Shown here: positions 38,256-47,112 of the stretch, one piece after another
Position numbering within the stretch: position 1 is the first letter of the stretch
Layout of the letters: the number at the start of each line of letters is the position of its first letter
DNA from: an uncultured Thermoleophilia bacterium
GTDB taxonomy: Bacteria; Actinomycetota; Thermoleophilia; Gaiellales; F1-60-MAGs149
Length of the DNA stretch: 64,000 nucleotides
Direction: 5' to 3'
Assembly (NCBI GenBank): GCA_963800515.1
Contig: CAWDBC010000007.1
Coordinates: 304,602 to 368,601, forward strand
Notes under the pieces: model-generated
The model's input: the letters and a program-made list of their open reading frames with translations, nothing else
What the model was told of the DNA's origin: nothing
The model's database searches: none
Position numbers and translations under genes: made by a program

Positions 38256-41045
38256 TCAACGGCCGGCGATCAGCGTCTCGAGCTCCTGGTGGACGCGGTC
38301 GGCCTCGGGGCGGAGGCCGAAGCCCAGGCGGCCGGCGGTCGACAGGTCGTCCGTCGAGCCGGCCTCGTCCAGCCGGGCGAGCAACGCCGCGAGCTCACGG
38401 GCCCCGAAGGTCGCCGCGCTCGACTTGAGCCGGTGGGAGCGGCGCGCGACCGCGTCCGGCACCCCGTCGCGGAGCGCCTCCTCGATCGCGACGACCCCGG
38501 CGTCCAGCTCCTCGAGGAACAACCGGCCGATCCGCCGGAAGGTCGCCTCGTCGCCGAGGTCGAGCGCCAACCGGCCGACGTCGGCGCGGTCGATCGCGGT
38601 CGGCGCGACGTAGGAGCCGGTCGTGACGCCGAGCCCGGCGTCGGTCGCCCGCTCGAGCGGAGAGCCGGCCGCGAGCACCGGCCCGAGAACGGTCGCGAGG
38701 CCCTCCATCGTCACCGGCTTCGTCACGTACTCGTCCATGCCGGAGGCGAGGCAGCGATCCCGATCCTCCTGCATCGCGTTCGCCGTGACGGCGACGATCA
38801 AGGTCCGGGGCCGGGCGGGGTCCTCGCGGTCGCGGATCGCCACCGTCGCGTGGTAGCCGTCCATCACCGGCATCTGACAGTCCATCAGCACGGCGGCGAA
38901 CGGTCCGCGCTCGAAGAAGGCGTCGACGGCGTCCCGGCCGTTGGCGACGCAGTCGATCGCGAACCCGAGCCGCGCGAGCTGGGCCGAGAGCACTCGCTGA
39001 TTGACGTGGTTGTCCTCGGCGAGCAGGATGGTGCCGAGTGCGCGCCGCGGCTCGTCCTCGGGGGGACCGGCCGGCGCGGGGGGCGACGGTGCGCCGGTAC
39101 CGGAGACGAGCGCATCGAAGAGGCGCGACTCCTTGACGGGCTTCGTGACGACGACGTCGAACGTGTCCTCCCGATCGCGCGCGCCGGGCCCGCCGATCGC
39201 CGTCAGCGGCGGCAGCGCGGCGCCCACGTCGGCCAGGCCAACGACCCGGATCGCCCGCGGGCTGAGGCGCCGCCGCAGCCGCTGGACGAGCTCGCCGACG
39301 TCGGTCCCCGGAAGGTCGGTGGAGAGGATGACGCAGTCGAAGACCCGGTCGGGCGGCGCGACCGCGAGCAGCTGCTCCGCCGTCTCGGCGTCGGCGGCGT
39401 GGTCGATGTCCATCCCCCAGGCCGCGAGGTACCGGGAGACCCCCTCGGCCGCACCCAGGTTGGGCTCGATCAGGAGCACCCGGCGATGGTCGGCCGAACG
39501 ACCGTCCGCCGGCGCGTCCGCCCGGGCGGCGCGCTCGAGCTCGAGGATGAACGAGAAGACGGATCCCGAGCCCTCCTGGCTCGACGCTCGCAGCTCGCCG
39601 CCCATCAGGCGGACGAGGCGCGACGCGATCGCCAGCCCGAGGCCGGTCCCGCCGTGCTCGCGCGTCGTCGTCGCGTCGACCTGGGTGAAGGCGTCGAAGA
39701 GCGTCGGCAGCGCCTCGGGCGGGATGCCCGCGCCGCTGTCCTCGACGGAGAAGAGCACCGTCTCGGTCGAGGCCAGGCTGCGGGCCGATTCCGCGCGGAT
39801 CCCGACCCGGCCGGACGCCGTGAACTTGACCGCGTTGCCGACGAGGTTGACGAGGACCTGTCGGATCAGGCGCGGATCCGCGAGGAGCCAGCGCGGCAGA
39901 TCAGGGTCGACGAAGCTCGTGATGGTCAGGCCCTTCTGGCGGGCCGGGAGCGCTACGACGTCGATCACCTCCTCGATCGTCCGCGGCAGCTCGACCTCGA
40001 CGAGGCTCGGGGCCAGCTTGTCGGCCTCGATCTTCGAGAGGTCGAGCACGTCGTTGATGATCGCCAGCAGGCTGTAGGCGCTGCCGTGGGCGATCGAGAC
40101 GAGCTCGCGCTGCTCGGGGGCGAGCGACGAGTCGAGGACGAGATCGAGTGCGCCGATGACGCCGTTCATCGGCGTCCGCAGCTCGTGGCTCATCGTGGCC
40201 AGGAAATCGGACTTCATCCGGGCCGTCCTGAGGGCCGCGTCGCGGCCCTCGGCGAGGATGCGCTCGGTCTCGCGACGCGTCGTCGCGTCCCCGACGAAGG
40301 CGACGGACACCGAGCCGTGCGCGCGGTCGATCCGCCGGATGGTGACCTCGATCGGGAACTCGCCGCCGCCGGCGCGGAGCGCGTAGGCCTCGATCCGGTG
40401 GTCGTCGGCCTGGGGCCGACCGGCGGCGATGCTTCCGAGGGCCTCGTCGGCGTCGGCGCGGGAGCGATCCGCCAGGAGGTCGAGGAGCGCGGTGCCGACG
40501 AGCTCCTCGCTGGTCCGGCCGAACATCCGCTCGGCGGCCCGGTTGGCGTTGATCACGCTGCCGTCGTCGCCGAAGAGGATGACCGCCTCGAAGCTCGCGG
40601 CCATGATCGCGCGAGCGAGCTCGTCGCTCTCGCGGCTGCGCTGGATCGCGTCGATCAACGGCGTCACCTGGGTGAAGAGCGCCACCACGGCGTAGGGCTC
40701 GGTGGCGCCGGCCCGGAAGAGCGGCTCGGAGGTCTCGTGGAGCCACTGCATGCCGTCGTCGCCGAGGAAGCCGACGGTCGCGACCTGGGAGCGGCGCTCC
40801 TGGAGGGCGAGCCTGGCCGGGAACTCCTCCGGGGGCATCCGGGTGCCGTCCTCTCGAAACGGCCGCCGCAGCGTCGCGCCTGCCGCGACGTCCTCCAGCG
40901 TCCCACCGAACAGCGTCTCCGCGGCCGGGTTCAGGAAGACCATCCGGAACTGCTCGTCGAACAGGACGACCGCCTCCTGCAGCGCCGTCAGGATCGGGTC
41001 GTTGGCGCTGAAGAACTGGCGTCGCTCGATCTGACCCGGGAGCAT
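38256..41045 (-). CDS. Cytoplasmic hybrid histidine kinase PAS-PAS-HisKA-HATPase-REC(degenerate)-REC-Hpt
   Basis: FLNPAAETLFG and NANRAAERMFG (PAS), MSHELRTPMN, NLVGNAVKFT, DSGAGI, GTGLGL, LAEDN..LMDCQMP..TKP, SHRLKSSAATFGA; no TM segment. Confidence 0.95.
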   Translation of the reverse strand: MLPGQIERRQFFSANDPILTALQEAVVLFDEQFRMVFLNPAAETLFGGTLEDVAAGATLRRPFREDGTRMPPEEFPARLALQERRSQVATVGFLGDDGMQWLHETSEPLFRAGATEPYAVVALFTQVTPLIDAIQRSRESDELARAIMAASFEAVILFGDDGSVINANRAAERMFGRTSEELVGTALLDLLADRSRADADEALGSIAAGRPQADDHRIEAYALRAGGGEFPIEVTIRRIDRAHGSVSVAFVGDATTRRETERILAEGRDAALRTARMKSDFLATMSHELRTPMNGVIGALDLVLDSSLAPEQRELVSIAHGSAYSLLAIINDVLDLSKIEADKLAPSLVEVELPRTIEEVIDVVALPARQKGLTITSFVDPDLPRWLLADPRLIRQVLVNLVGNAVKFTASGRVGIRAESARSLASTETVLFSVEDSGAGIPPEALPTLFDAFTQVDATTTREHGGTGLGLAIASRLVRLMGGELRASSQEGSGSVFSFILELERAARADAPADGRSADHRRVLLIEPNLGAAEGVSRYLAAWGMDIDHAADAETAEQLLAVAPPDRVFDCVILSTDLPGTDVGELVQRLRRRLSPRAIRVVGLADVGAALPPLTAIGGPGARDREDTFDVVVTKPVKESRLFDALVSGTGAPSPPAPAGPPEDEPRRALGTILLAEDNHVNQRVLSAQLARLGFAIDCVANGRDAVDAFFERGPFAAVLMDCQMPVMDGYHATVAIRDREDPARPRTLIVAVTANAMQEDRDRCLASGMDEYVTKPVTMEGLATVLGPVLAAGSPLERATDAGLGVTTGSYVAPTAIDRADVGRLALDLGDEATFRRIGRLFLEELDAGVVAIEEALRDGVPDAVARRSHRLKSSAATFGARELAALLARLDEAGSTDDLSTAGRLGFGLRPEADRVHQELETLIAGR

Positions 41046-41085
41046 CCCGAACGGGGGGCTCGATGGCTGGTCGCCACCTCGCCGG

Positions 41086-41160
41086 GTGTCGGATGTCCTC
41101 CCCGACCGTGGATCGCCCGTCACCGTCCGAGCATACAGGGGTGGTGTCGAGAGCCGATTC
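41086..41160. promoter_or_regulatory. Divergent sigma28 (FliA/WhiG)-like promoter candidates
   Basis: Plus: TACA(41134)-N15-GCCGATTC(41153-41160). Minus: TCCA(41112)-N15-TCCGACAC(41093-41086). Consensus TAAA-N15-GCCGATAA. Confidence 0.5.
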
Positions 41161-41241
41161 GTCCGATGGGGGGAGGGACGGGCCTGTACGTTCAGACCCA
41201 GGCACGCAACGACAGCGACGCGATCGGCGAGGCGGATGCAC

Positions 41242-42297
41242 ATGAGCGAACACGAGGGCGGCCCGCGGATCCTGCTGGTCGAGGACGATCCCGTCCTGGC
41301 GGCGATCACCTCCGAGATGCTCGGCCAGTTCGGGCGCATCGAGGCCGTCGTCAGTGGCGAGCAGGCGATCGCGATGCTCGCCGTGGACGACTGGGACCTG
41401 ATCGTCGCCGACATCGAGCTGCCCGGGATCAGCGGCTTCGAGCTCGTCCGCTCCGTGAAGAGCGCCCAGCCGCTCGCCTCGACGCTGATCCTGACGGGGC
41501 ACGGCAGCTTCGAGAACGCCGTCGCCGCGATCCGCGCCGGCGCCGACGACTTCATGACGAAGCCCGTGGACCGCGCCTCCCTCGTGATGAAGGCGCGCGA
41601 GCTCCTCGAGGCCGCGAGCGGGCGCAAGGCGCACGACCGCGAGGTCGTGCTCGCGATCGGGGCCCATCCCGACGACGTCGAGATCGGCTGCGGCGGGATC
41701 CTCCTCGGCCACGCCGCGCGCCGCGACTCGATCTCCATCCTGACCCTGACCGCTGGAGAGCAGGGAGGCGAGATCGGCCTGCGGGCCACCGAGTCGGCGG
41801 CCGCCGCGGCGATGCTGGGGGCGCGGCTCTTCCACGCCGACCTCGTCGACACGAGCGTCTCCGACGGTGGCGTGACGATCGGGACGATCCAGCGGGTGAT
41901 CGACGAGCTCGAGCCGACCATCATCTACACCCACACGAAGCACGACGTCCATCAGGATCACCGCAGCGTGCACGCGGCGACGCTCGTCGCCGCGCGCCGG
42001 GTGCCCCGCATCTACTGCTACCAGAGCCCGTCGACCACGGTGGACTTCCATCCGACGCGCTTCGTCCCGATCGACGACCAGATCGAGCGCAAGCTCGACG
42101 TGATCGAGGCGTACGGCTCGCAGACCGTGCTCCGCGCCTACCTCGAGCCGGACCTGTTGCGCGCGACCGCCCGCTACTGGAGCCGCTTCGCCCAGTCCAC
42201 CTTCGTCGAGCCGCTCGAGATCGCCCGCGAGACCGAGCGCACCCGTCGGGCGTCCGAGGCGGCCACGATCGCCGTGCTCGAGGAGGCGGCGGCATGA
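41242..42297 (+). CDS. Response-regulator receiver fused to a PIG-L/LmbE-family de-N-acetylase
   Basis: REC: LLVEDD..VADIELP..ILTG..TKP. PIG-L: AIGAHPDDVEIGCGG..R..E..THTKHDVHQDHR. Confidence 0.92.
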   Translation: MSEHEGGPRILLVEDDPVLAAITSEMLGQFGRIEAVVSGEQAIAMLAVDDWDLIVADIELPGISGFELVRSVKSAQPLASTLILTGHGSFENAVAAIRAGADDFMTKPVDRASLVMKARELLEAASGRKAHDREVVLAIGAHPDDVEIGCGGILLGHAARRDSISILTLTAGEQGGEIGLRATESAAAAAMLGARLFHADLVDTSVSDGGVTIGTIQRVIDELEPTIIYTHTKHDVHQDHRSVHAATLVAARRVPRIYCYQSPSTTVDFHPTRFVPIDDQIERKLDVIEAYGSQTVLRAYLEPDLLRATARYWSRFAQSTFVEPLEIARETERTRRASEAATIAVLEEAAA

Positions 42298-43322
42298 GCG
42301 ACGTCGATCCCACGCCCCGGGTCCTCGTCACGGGCGCCGGCGGGCCCTCCGGGATCTCCGTCATGCGCGCCCTCGGCACCGCGCCCGCCGCCACCCTCGC
42401 GGCGGACATCGACCCCTACGCCACCGGCCTCTACCTGGTCGATCCGGCGGACCGCCTGATCATCCCGCGCGGCGACGACCCGCGGTACGTCGACGCCCTC
42501 CTGGGCCTGTGCCGGGATCACGACGTCGACGTCCTCGTCCCGACGGTGGACAGCGAGCTCGTGCCGCTCGCCCTCCGGCGCGACGAGTTCCGCGCGCTCG
42601 GCACCGAGCTCGTCCTCGCCTCGCTCGAGACGCTCGAGGTGTGCGTCGACAAGTGGCGCCTGGCCGCGCGCTGCCGCGGCGTCGTCCCCATGCCCTGGAC
42701 GGAGCTCCTCGACGAGGAGCTCGTGCTCGAAGACCTCGAGCTTCCGGCCATCGTCAAGCCGCGCACGGGCAGCGGCTCGCGCGGGATCCGCCTGGTCTCC
42801 ACGCTCGAGGAGCTCCGCCGCTGCCCGCGCGACGGCAGCCTGCTCGTCCAGGAGAACCTGCCCGGCATCGAGCATTCGATCGACGTCCTCGCCGATCCCG
42901 ACGGGCGGATCGTCGCCGTCGTCCCACGCTCGCGGCTGAAGGTCGACTCGGGCATCGCGATCACCGGCCGGACCCACCACGACCAGCGGCTGGAGGCGAT
43001 CGGCGAGCAGGTCGCCCGCCTGATCGGCCTCAGCTTCTGCGGCAACGTGCAGGTCAAGGAGGACGTGCGCGGCGCGCCCGCGCTCCTCGAGGTCAACCCG
43101 CGCTTCCCCGGGACGATGCCGCTGACGGTCGCGAGCGGGGTCAACATGCCGCTCCTCGCCGTCTCCGCGGCGGCGGGCCTGCCGATGCCGGCGGGCCGGA
43201 TCCCCTTCGCGGAGATCGGGATGGCCCGCTACTTCGAGGAGCGCTTCTTCCAAGTGGGGGAGATCGCCCAGCTCGAGAGCCGCGCGCTCGCCGTCCACGC
43301 CGCCCTCGCGGTGCCCGCATGA
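42294..43322 (+). CDS. ATP-grasp ligase (PylC / CPSase-like small family)
   Basis: VLVTGAGGP, LVPTVDSEL, VDKW, IVKPRTGSGSRG, LVQENLPG.E, LLEVNPRF.G; ATGA overlap. Confidence 0.9.
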   Translation: MSDVDPTPRVLVTGAGGPSGISVMRALGTAPAATLAADIDPYATGLYLVDPADRLIIPRGDDPRYVDALLGLCRDHDVDVLVPTVDSELVPLALRRDEFRALGTELVLASLETLEVCVDKWRLAARCRGVVPMPWTELLDEELVLEDLELPAIVKPRTGSGSRGIRLVSTLEELRRCPRDGSLLVQENLPGIEHSIDVLADPDGRIVAVVPRSRLKVDSGIAITGRTHHDQRLEAIGEQVARLIGLSFCGNVQVKEDVRGAPALLEVNPRFPGTMPLTVASGVNMPLLAVSAAAGLPMPAGRIPFAEIGMARYFEERFFQVGEIAQLESRALAVHAALAVPA

Positions 43323-44044
43323 TCGCGCCGTTCGAGCCGCCGCGGCAGGACATGCACGTCCACTCGACGTTCTCCGACGGACGCGGGACGATCGAGGAGA
43401 ACGTCGCCGCCGCCCTCGCCCGGGGACTCGACGAGCTGCAGTGCGTCGACCACGTCCGCCGTTCGACCGACTGGGTGCCCGCCTACCTCGCGGCCGTCGA
43501 GCGGATCCGGCGGACGACGCCGCTGACCCTGCACTGCGCGGTCGAGGCGAAGCTCCTCGACACGACAGGCGCACTCGACCTGCCGGGCGGGATGCCCGAG
43601 GTCGACGCGATCCTCGTCGCCGACCACCAGGTCCCGCTCGCCGACGGACCGCACGACCCCGCGGACGTCGGCGCCCGGATCGCCTCCGGCGAGCTCGAGC
43701 TCGACGAGGTGATCGAGGCGATCGTCGCCTCGACGATCGGCGCGGTCGGAGGCTATCCAGGCGTGGTGATCGCCCATCTCTTCAGCGTCCTGCCGAAGCT
43801 CGGGGCGACGGAGGCCGACGTCCCGCCGGGGTCGATCGACCGGCTCGCCGCCGCGACCGCCGCCGCCGGCGCCCGGATCGAGATCTCCGAGCGCTGGCGC
43901 TGCCCCTCGAGCGAGACGCTCCGCCCGTTCCTCGCGCGCGGGGTCCCGGTGCTCCTCAGCACGGACAGCCACCAACCCGCCGACATCGGGCGCTACGCCT
44001 ACGTGCTGGAGACGGCAGCGGCGGTCGCGGCCGTCCACGTGTGA
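43319..44044 (+). CDS. PHP-domain metallohydrolase (phosphoesterase)
   Basis: DMHVHSTFSDG, VDH, VEAK, ADH, IAH, STDSH; ATGA overlap. Confidence 0.88.
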   Translation: MIAPFEPPRQDMHVHSTFSDGRGTIEENVAAALARGLDELQCVDHVRRSTDWVPAYLAAVERIRRTTPLTLHCAVEAKLLDTTGALDLPGGMPEVDAILVADHQVPLADGPHDPADVGARIASGELELDEVIEAIVASTIGAVGGYPGVVIAHLFSVLPKLGATEADVPPGSIDRLAAATAAAGARIEISERWRCPSSETLRPFLARGVPVLLSTDSHQPADIGRYAYVLETAAAVAAVHV

Positions 44045-45534
44045 TCGACCGGATGGTCAGCGCCCCCCTCGCCTGGGTGTTCATCGTCATGGTGCTGGCG
44101 GGGACCATCCCGGTGCTCGCCGGGAGCTACCAGGCGCTCCTGTCGGGGTTCCACGCCTTCCGCCGCCGCCCCGGGGGGCCCTTCGACCCGGCGACGGCGC
44201 CGCGGGTCTCGATCATCGTGCCCGCCTGGAACGAGGCGGCCGTGATCGAGCGGACGCTGGAGGCGCTGATGCTCCTCGACTACCCGCAGGACCGCCTGCG
44301 GGTCTACGTCGTGGACGACGCCAGCACCGACGCCACCCCGGACATCGTCTCCGCCAAGGCGCTCCAGCACCCGGGCTCGATCTTCCTGCTGACGCGCCTC
44401 GACGGCGGCCAGGGCAAGGCGCACACGATCAACCACGGGATCGCGGAGATCCGCGAGGAGGCGTGGCACGACGCCATCCTCGTGATGGACGCCGACGTGA
44501 TCTTCACGCCGTCCTCGCTGCGGCGGATGGCGCGGCACCTCGCGGATCCCGCGGTCGGCGCCGTCACCGCCTACATCAAGGAGGGCAGCCGGCCGGCCAA
44601 CTATCTCAACCGCTTCGTCTCCTTCGAGTACGTCACCGCCCAGGCGATGGCCCGCCGCGCCCAGAACGTCCTCGGCGTGCACGCGTGCCTCGCCGGCGGG
44701 GCGCAGCTCGTGCGCCGGACCACGCTCGAGCAGATCGGCGGCGTCGTCGACACGACGACGCTGGCGGAGGACACCATCACGACCTTCCGCATCCAGCTCA
44801 CCGGACAGCACGTGGTCTTCGAGCCGCACGCCGTCGTCTGGGCGGAGGAGCCCCGGCGGGTCGCCGCGCTCTGGAAGCAGCGCGTCCGCTGGGGGCGGGG
44901 CAACGTCCAGGTCACGAAGGCCTTCCGCTCCGTCTGGTTCCGCCGCGGAGGCGGGCGCCTCGGCGGCGGCAGCTTCGGCGTGATCTGGTTCTCGATCTTC
45001 CTCATGCCGTGCTTCATGGTCGGGGCGTCGATCGGGCTCGTCGGCCTCTTCCTCTGCGCCCAGGCGCTCGGATCGACGATCTTCCACGTGCTCGTCGCCG
45101 TCAACGTGGTCACCTACGGGCTGGTCACGCTGACGAGCCTCGCGATCGATCCGCCCTCCGTGCGCGCCGCCTGGCGCGAGGCGCTGGCGTTCCCCGGCCT
45201 GATCAGCGTCGCGACGATGCTCTACGTCGTCTACCCGGCGCTCCTCGAGCGGATCCTGCCGCACGCGATCGGCTTCGATCCCCCCGCCGGCCTCGGCACG
45301 GGCCTCCTCCTCTTCAGCTACCTCTGGGTGTCCGGGTCGATGCTCGGGGCGACGCTCATCCACGTCCTCGGCGGCACGCGGCTCGGCTTCCTCGAGGCGC
45401 CGCTCCTCTACCTCGTCGGCTACGGGCCGCTTCTCTGCACGATCACCGTGGCCGCCTACTGGCGGGAGGCGCGCGGCGCGGAGATGCGCTGGGAGAAGAC
45501 CGAGAAGGTGGGCGTCGCCCAGGGGCTCACGTGA
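44041..45534 (+). CDS. Processive membrane glycosyltransferase family 2 (cellulose synthase / PgaC-like)
   Basis: PAWNEA, VDDAS, GKA, MDAD, LAEDT, QRVRW (D,D,D,QxxRW); N- and C-terminal TMs; GTGA overlap. Confidence 0.92.
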   Translation: MIDRMVSAPLAWVFIVMVLAGTIPVLAGSYQALLSGFHAFRRRPGGPFDPATAPRVSIIVPAWNEAAVIERTLEALMLLDYPQDRLRVYVVDDASTDATPDIVSAKALQHPGSIFLLTRLDGGQGKAHTINHGIAEIREEAWHDAILVMDADVIFTPSSLRRMARHLADPAVGAVTAYIKEGSRPANYLNRFVSFEYVTAQAMARRAQNVLGVHACLAGGAQLVRRTTLEQIGGVVDTTTLAEDTITTFRIQLTGQHVVFEPHAVVWAEEPRRVAALWKQRVRWGRGNVQVTKAFRSVWFRRGGGRLGGGSFGVIWFSIFLMPCFMVGASIGLVGLFLCAQALGSTIFHVLVAVNVVTYGLVTLTSLAIDPPSVRAAWREALAFPGLISVATMLYVVYPALLERILPHAIGFDPPAGLGTGLLLFSYLWVSGSMLGATLIHVLGGTRLGFLEAPLLYLVGYGPLLCTITVAAYWREARGAEMRWEKTEKVGVAQGLT

Positions 45535-45689
45535 GACGCCGCGGGGCGGGGGAGACGCGGAGCGACCTTACGCCCGAGCGGCGCGAGGTGGCGGAGATGG
45601 ACCGGGCCGAGCGGATCCTCGCGGTGCGGATCGCGCTCCTCGTGGTCGTGCTCGCGGCCTACGTCGCCCTCCAGATCCTCGTTCTCTGA
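45531..45689 (+). CDS. Small single-TM membrane peptide (52 aa)
   Basis: GTGA overlap with the GT2 stop; C-terminal ILAVRIALLVVVLAAYVALQILVL; alternative ATG at 45597. Confidence 0.6.
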   Translation: MRRRGAGETRSDLTPERREVAEMDRAERILAVRIALLVVVLAAYVALQILVL

Positions 45690-45756
45690 GCCCGGGCCTC
45701 GCCCTCGCCCCGCCGGCGCCTCCGCGGCCACCACGCCTCCCCGGGGGCGGTCGCGG

Positions 45757-47112
45757 TCAGGGCAGCGGCGGGATCCCGGGCGGTGGGACGAGGTGGAGCG
45801 GCGGACCGGCCCGTGGGGCGGGGGGCGTCACGGCGGGGCCGGCTGCCGCGTCGAAGGCGAGCCGGACGGCGGATCCGGTCGTCCCCGGGCCCCTCTCCGA
45901 CCAGATCACGGCGGCGCCGCCGTCCGCAGCGATCCCGGCATCGATGCCGCCGATCGTCCCCGTCGCCAGCAGGTGGGGGTGAGCGAGCGCCCGCGAGCCG
46001 ACGATCGCCCGGGCGGCCCCGCCGGCGCCCGCCTCGCGCCAGGCGACCACGGCCCGGCCACCCGGACTCGCCCGTACGACCACGCCGGCGATCCGCGCGC
46101 CCGACGCGGCCGGGCGGACGAGCGTACGCCGCGTCGCCGACCCGCCGGCGATCCGCGCGACCGTGAGCTCGGAGCCCTTCGCCGTCGTCCAGGCGACGAT
46201 CCCCCGGCCGGACCGCGTCGCGGCCAGGTACGGACCCGCCGAGACGGCCCCGCCGGCCGCGAGCGTCGTCCTCTGGCTGCCGGAGCCGTCGGAGACGACG
46301 ATCGAGGCGCCGGCTCGCCAGCCGACGAGCAGGTCGGGGGCGTCCAGGGCGTCGGCGGCGACGATGCCGGTGGTCGTCCGGGGGACCTGGCCGAGCACCG
46401 CGAACGCGGAGACCGTCCCCGCCGGCGAGATCGTCGAGGAGATCAGCGTCGCCTGGCGGGCGCCGTTGGAGAGCCAGACGACCGTCGCCCGCCGGCCGAT
46501 CGCCAGGCCGTAGTCCGAGCCTTCCGAGGCGCGGGCGAAGGCGGCGATCACGATCGGCTTCGTGTAGGTGCCGTCCGGCCGTCCGGCCACCAGCCGGATG
46601 GCGCGGCGGGAGCGGTCGAACCAGGAGACGACGAGCATCCCGCCGGTCGTGAAGCCGGCGTGGACCGCGGCCGGGACCCCGCCCGCCGAGAAGCCGGCGG
46701 GGCGGGCGGTGCCGCCGCGCCAGGTCCGCACCGCGAGGCCGACGATCGCGCCTCCGGGCCCGAGCTTCGGAGCGATCACGGCGCGGGCGCCCCCCGGGCC
46801 GGCGAGGGCGGCGAGGGGATCGCCGAGCGGCCCGCGGATCCTCGTCGCGGCGGCGAACGGCGCGCCGGCGTCGCGGGTCGCGACCGCCAGCCGGTTGCTA
46901 CGCGCCGGCGTCTCCGTCTGCCAGGCGGCGATGCCGGCGCCGGCGGCGGAGAGGCCGAGCGCGGGCGGCCCCGGGGCCCCCGTGCCGGCGGTGCCGGTGG
47001 CCAACGTGAAGGGCGGCTGCCAGGAGGCGGCGGCCGCGGATCGGGCTCCGCTCGCGGCGACGAGCACGGCGGCCGCCGCGAGGAGGGCCGGGAAGGGCCG
47101 GGTGGGCGGCAT
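45757..47112 (-). CDS. Secreted Ala/Gly-rich hypothetical protein with repeated G.(A/V)VAW motifs
   Basis: Signal-peptide-like N-terminus; repeats GIAAW, LVVSW, ATVVW, LLVGW, GIVAW, AVVAW, AAVIW. Confidence 0.7.
   Translation of the reverse strand: MPPTRPFPALLAAAAVLVAASGARSAAAASWQPPFTLATGTAGTGAPGPPALGLSAAGAGIAAWQTETPARSNRLAVATRDAGAPFAAATRIRGPLGDPLAALAGPGGARAVIAPKLGPGGAIVGLAVRTWRGGTARPAGFSAGGVPAAVHAGFTTGGMLVVSWFDRSRRAIRLVAGRPDGTYTKPIVIAAFARASEGSDYGLAIGRRATVVWLSNGARQATLISSTISPAGTVSAFAVLGQVPRTTTGIVAADALDAPDLLVGWRAGASIVVSDGSGSQRTTLAAGGAVSAGPYLAATRSGRGIVAWTTAKGSELTVARIAGGSATRRTLVRPAASGARIAGVVVRASPGGRAVVAWREAGAGGAARAIVGSRALAHPHLLATGTIGGIDAGIAADGGAAVIWSERGPGTTGSAVRLAFDAAAGPAVTPPAPRAGPPLHLVPPPGIPPLP

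Noticed and set aside
36597..43322. 2241-aa ORF, and other very long ORFs such as 49424-53863 and 27071-30304
   Set aside because: Shadow ORFs from stop-codon scarcity in high-GC DNA; Arg/Gly/Pro-rich nonsense overlapping clear genes. Only the last ~342 aa of the 2241-aa ORF (ATP-grasp) is real
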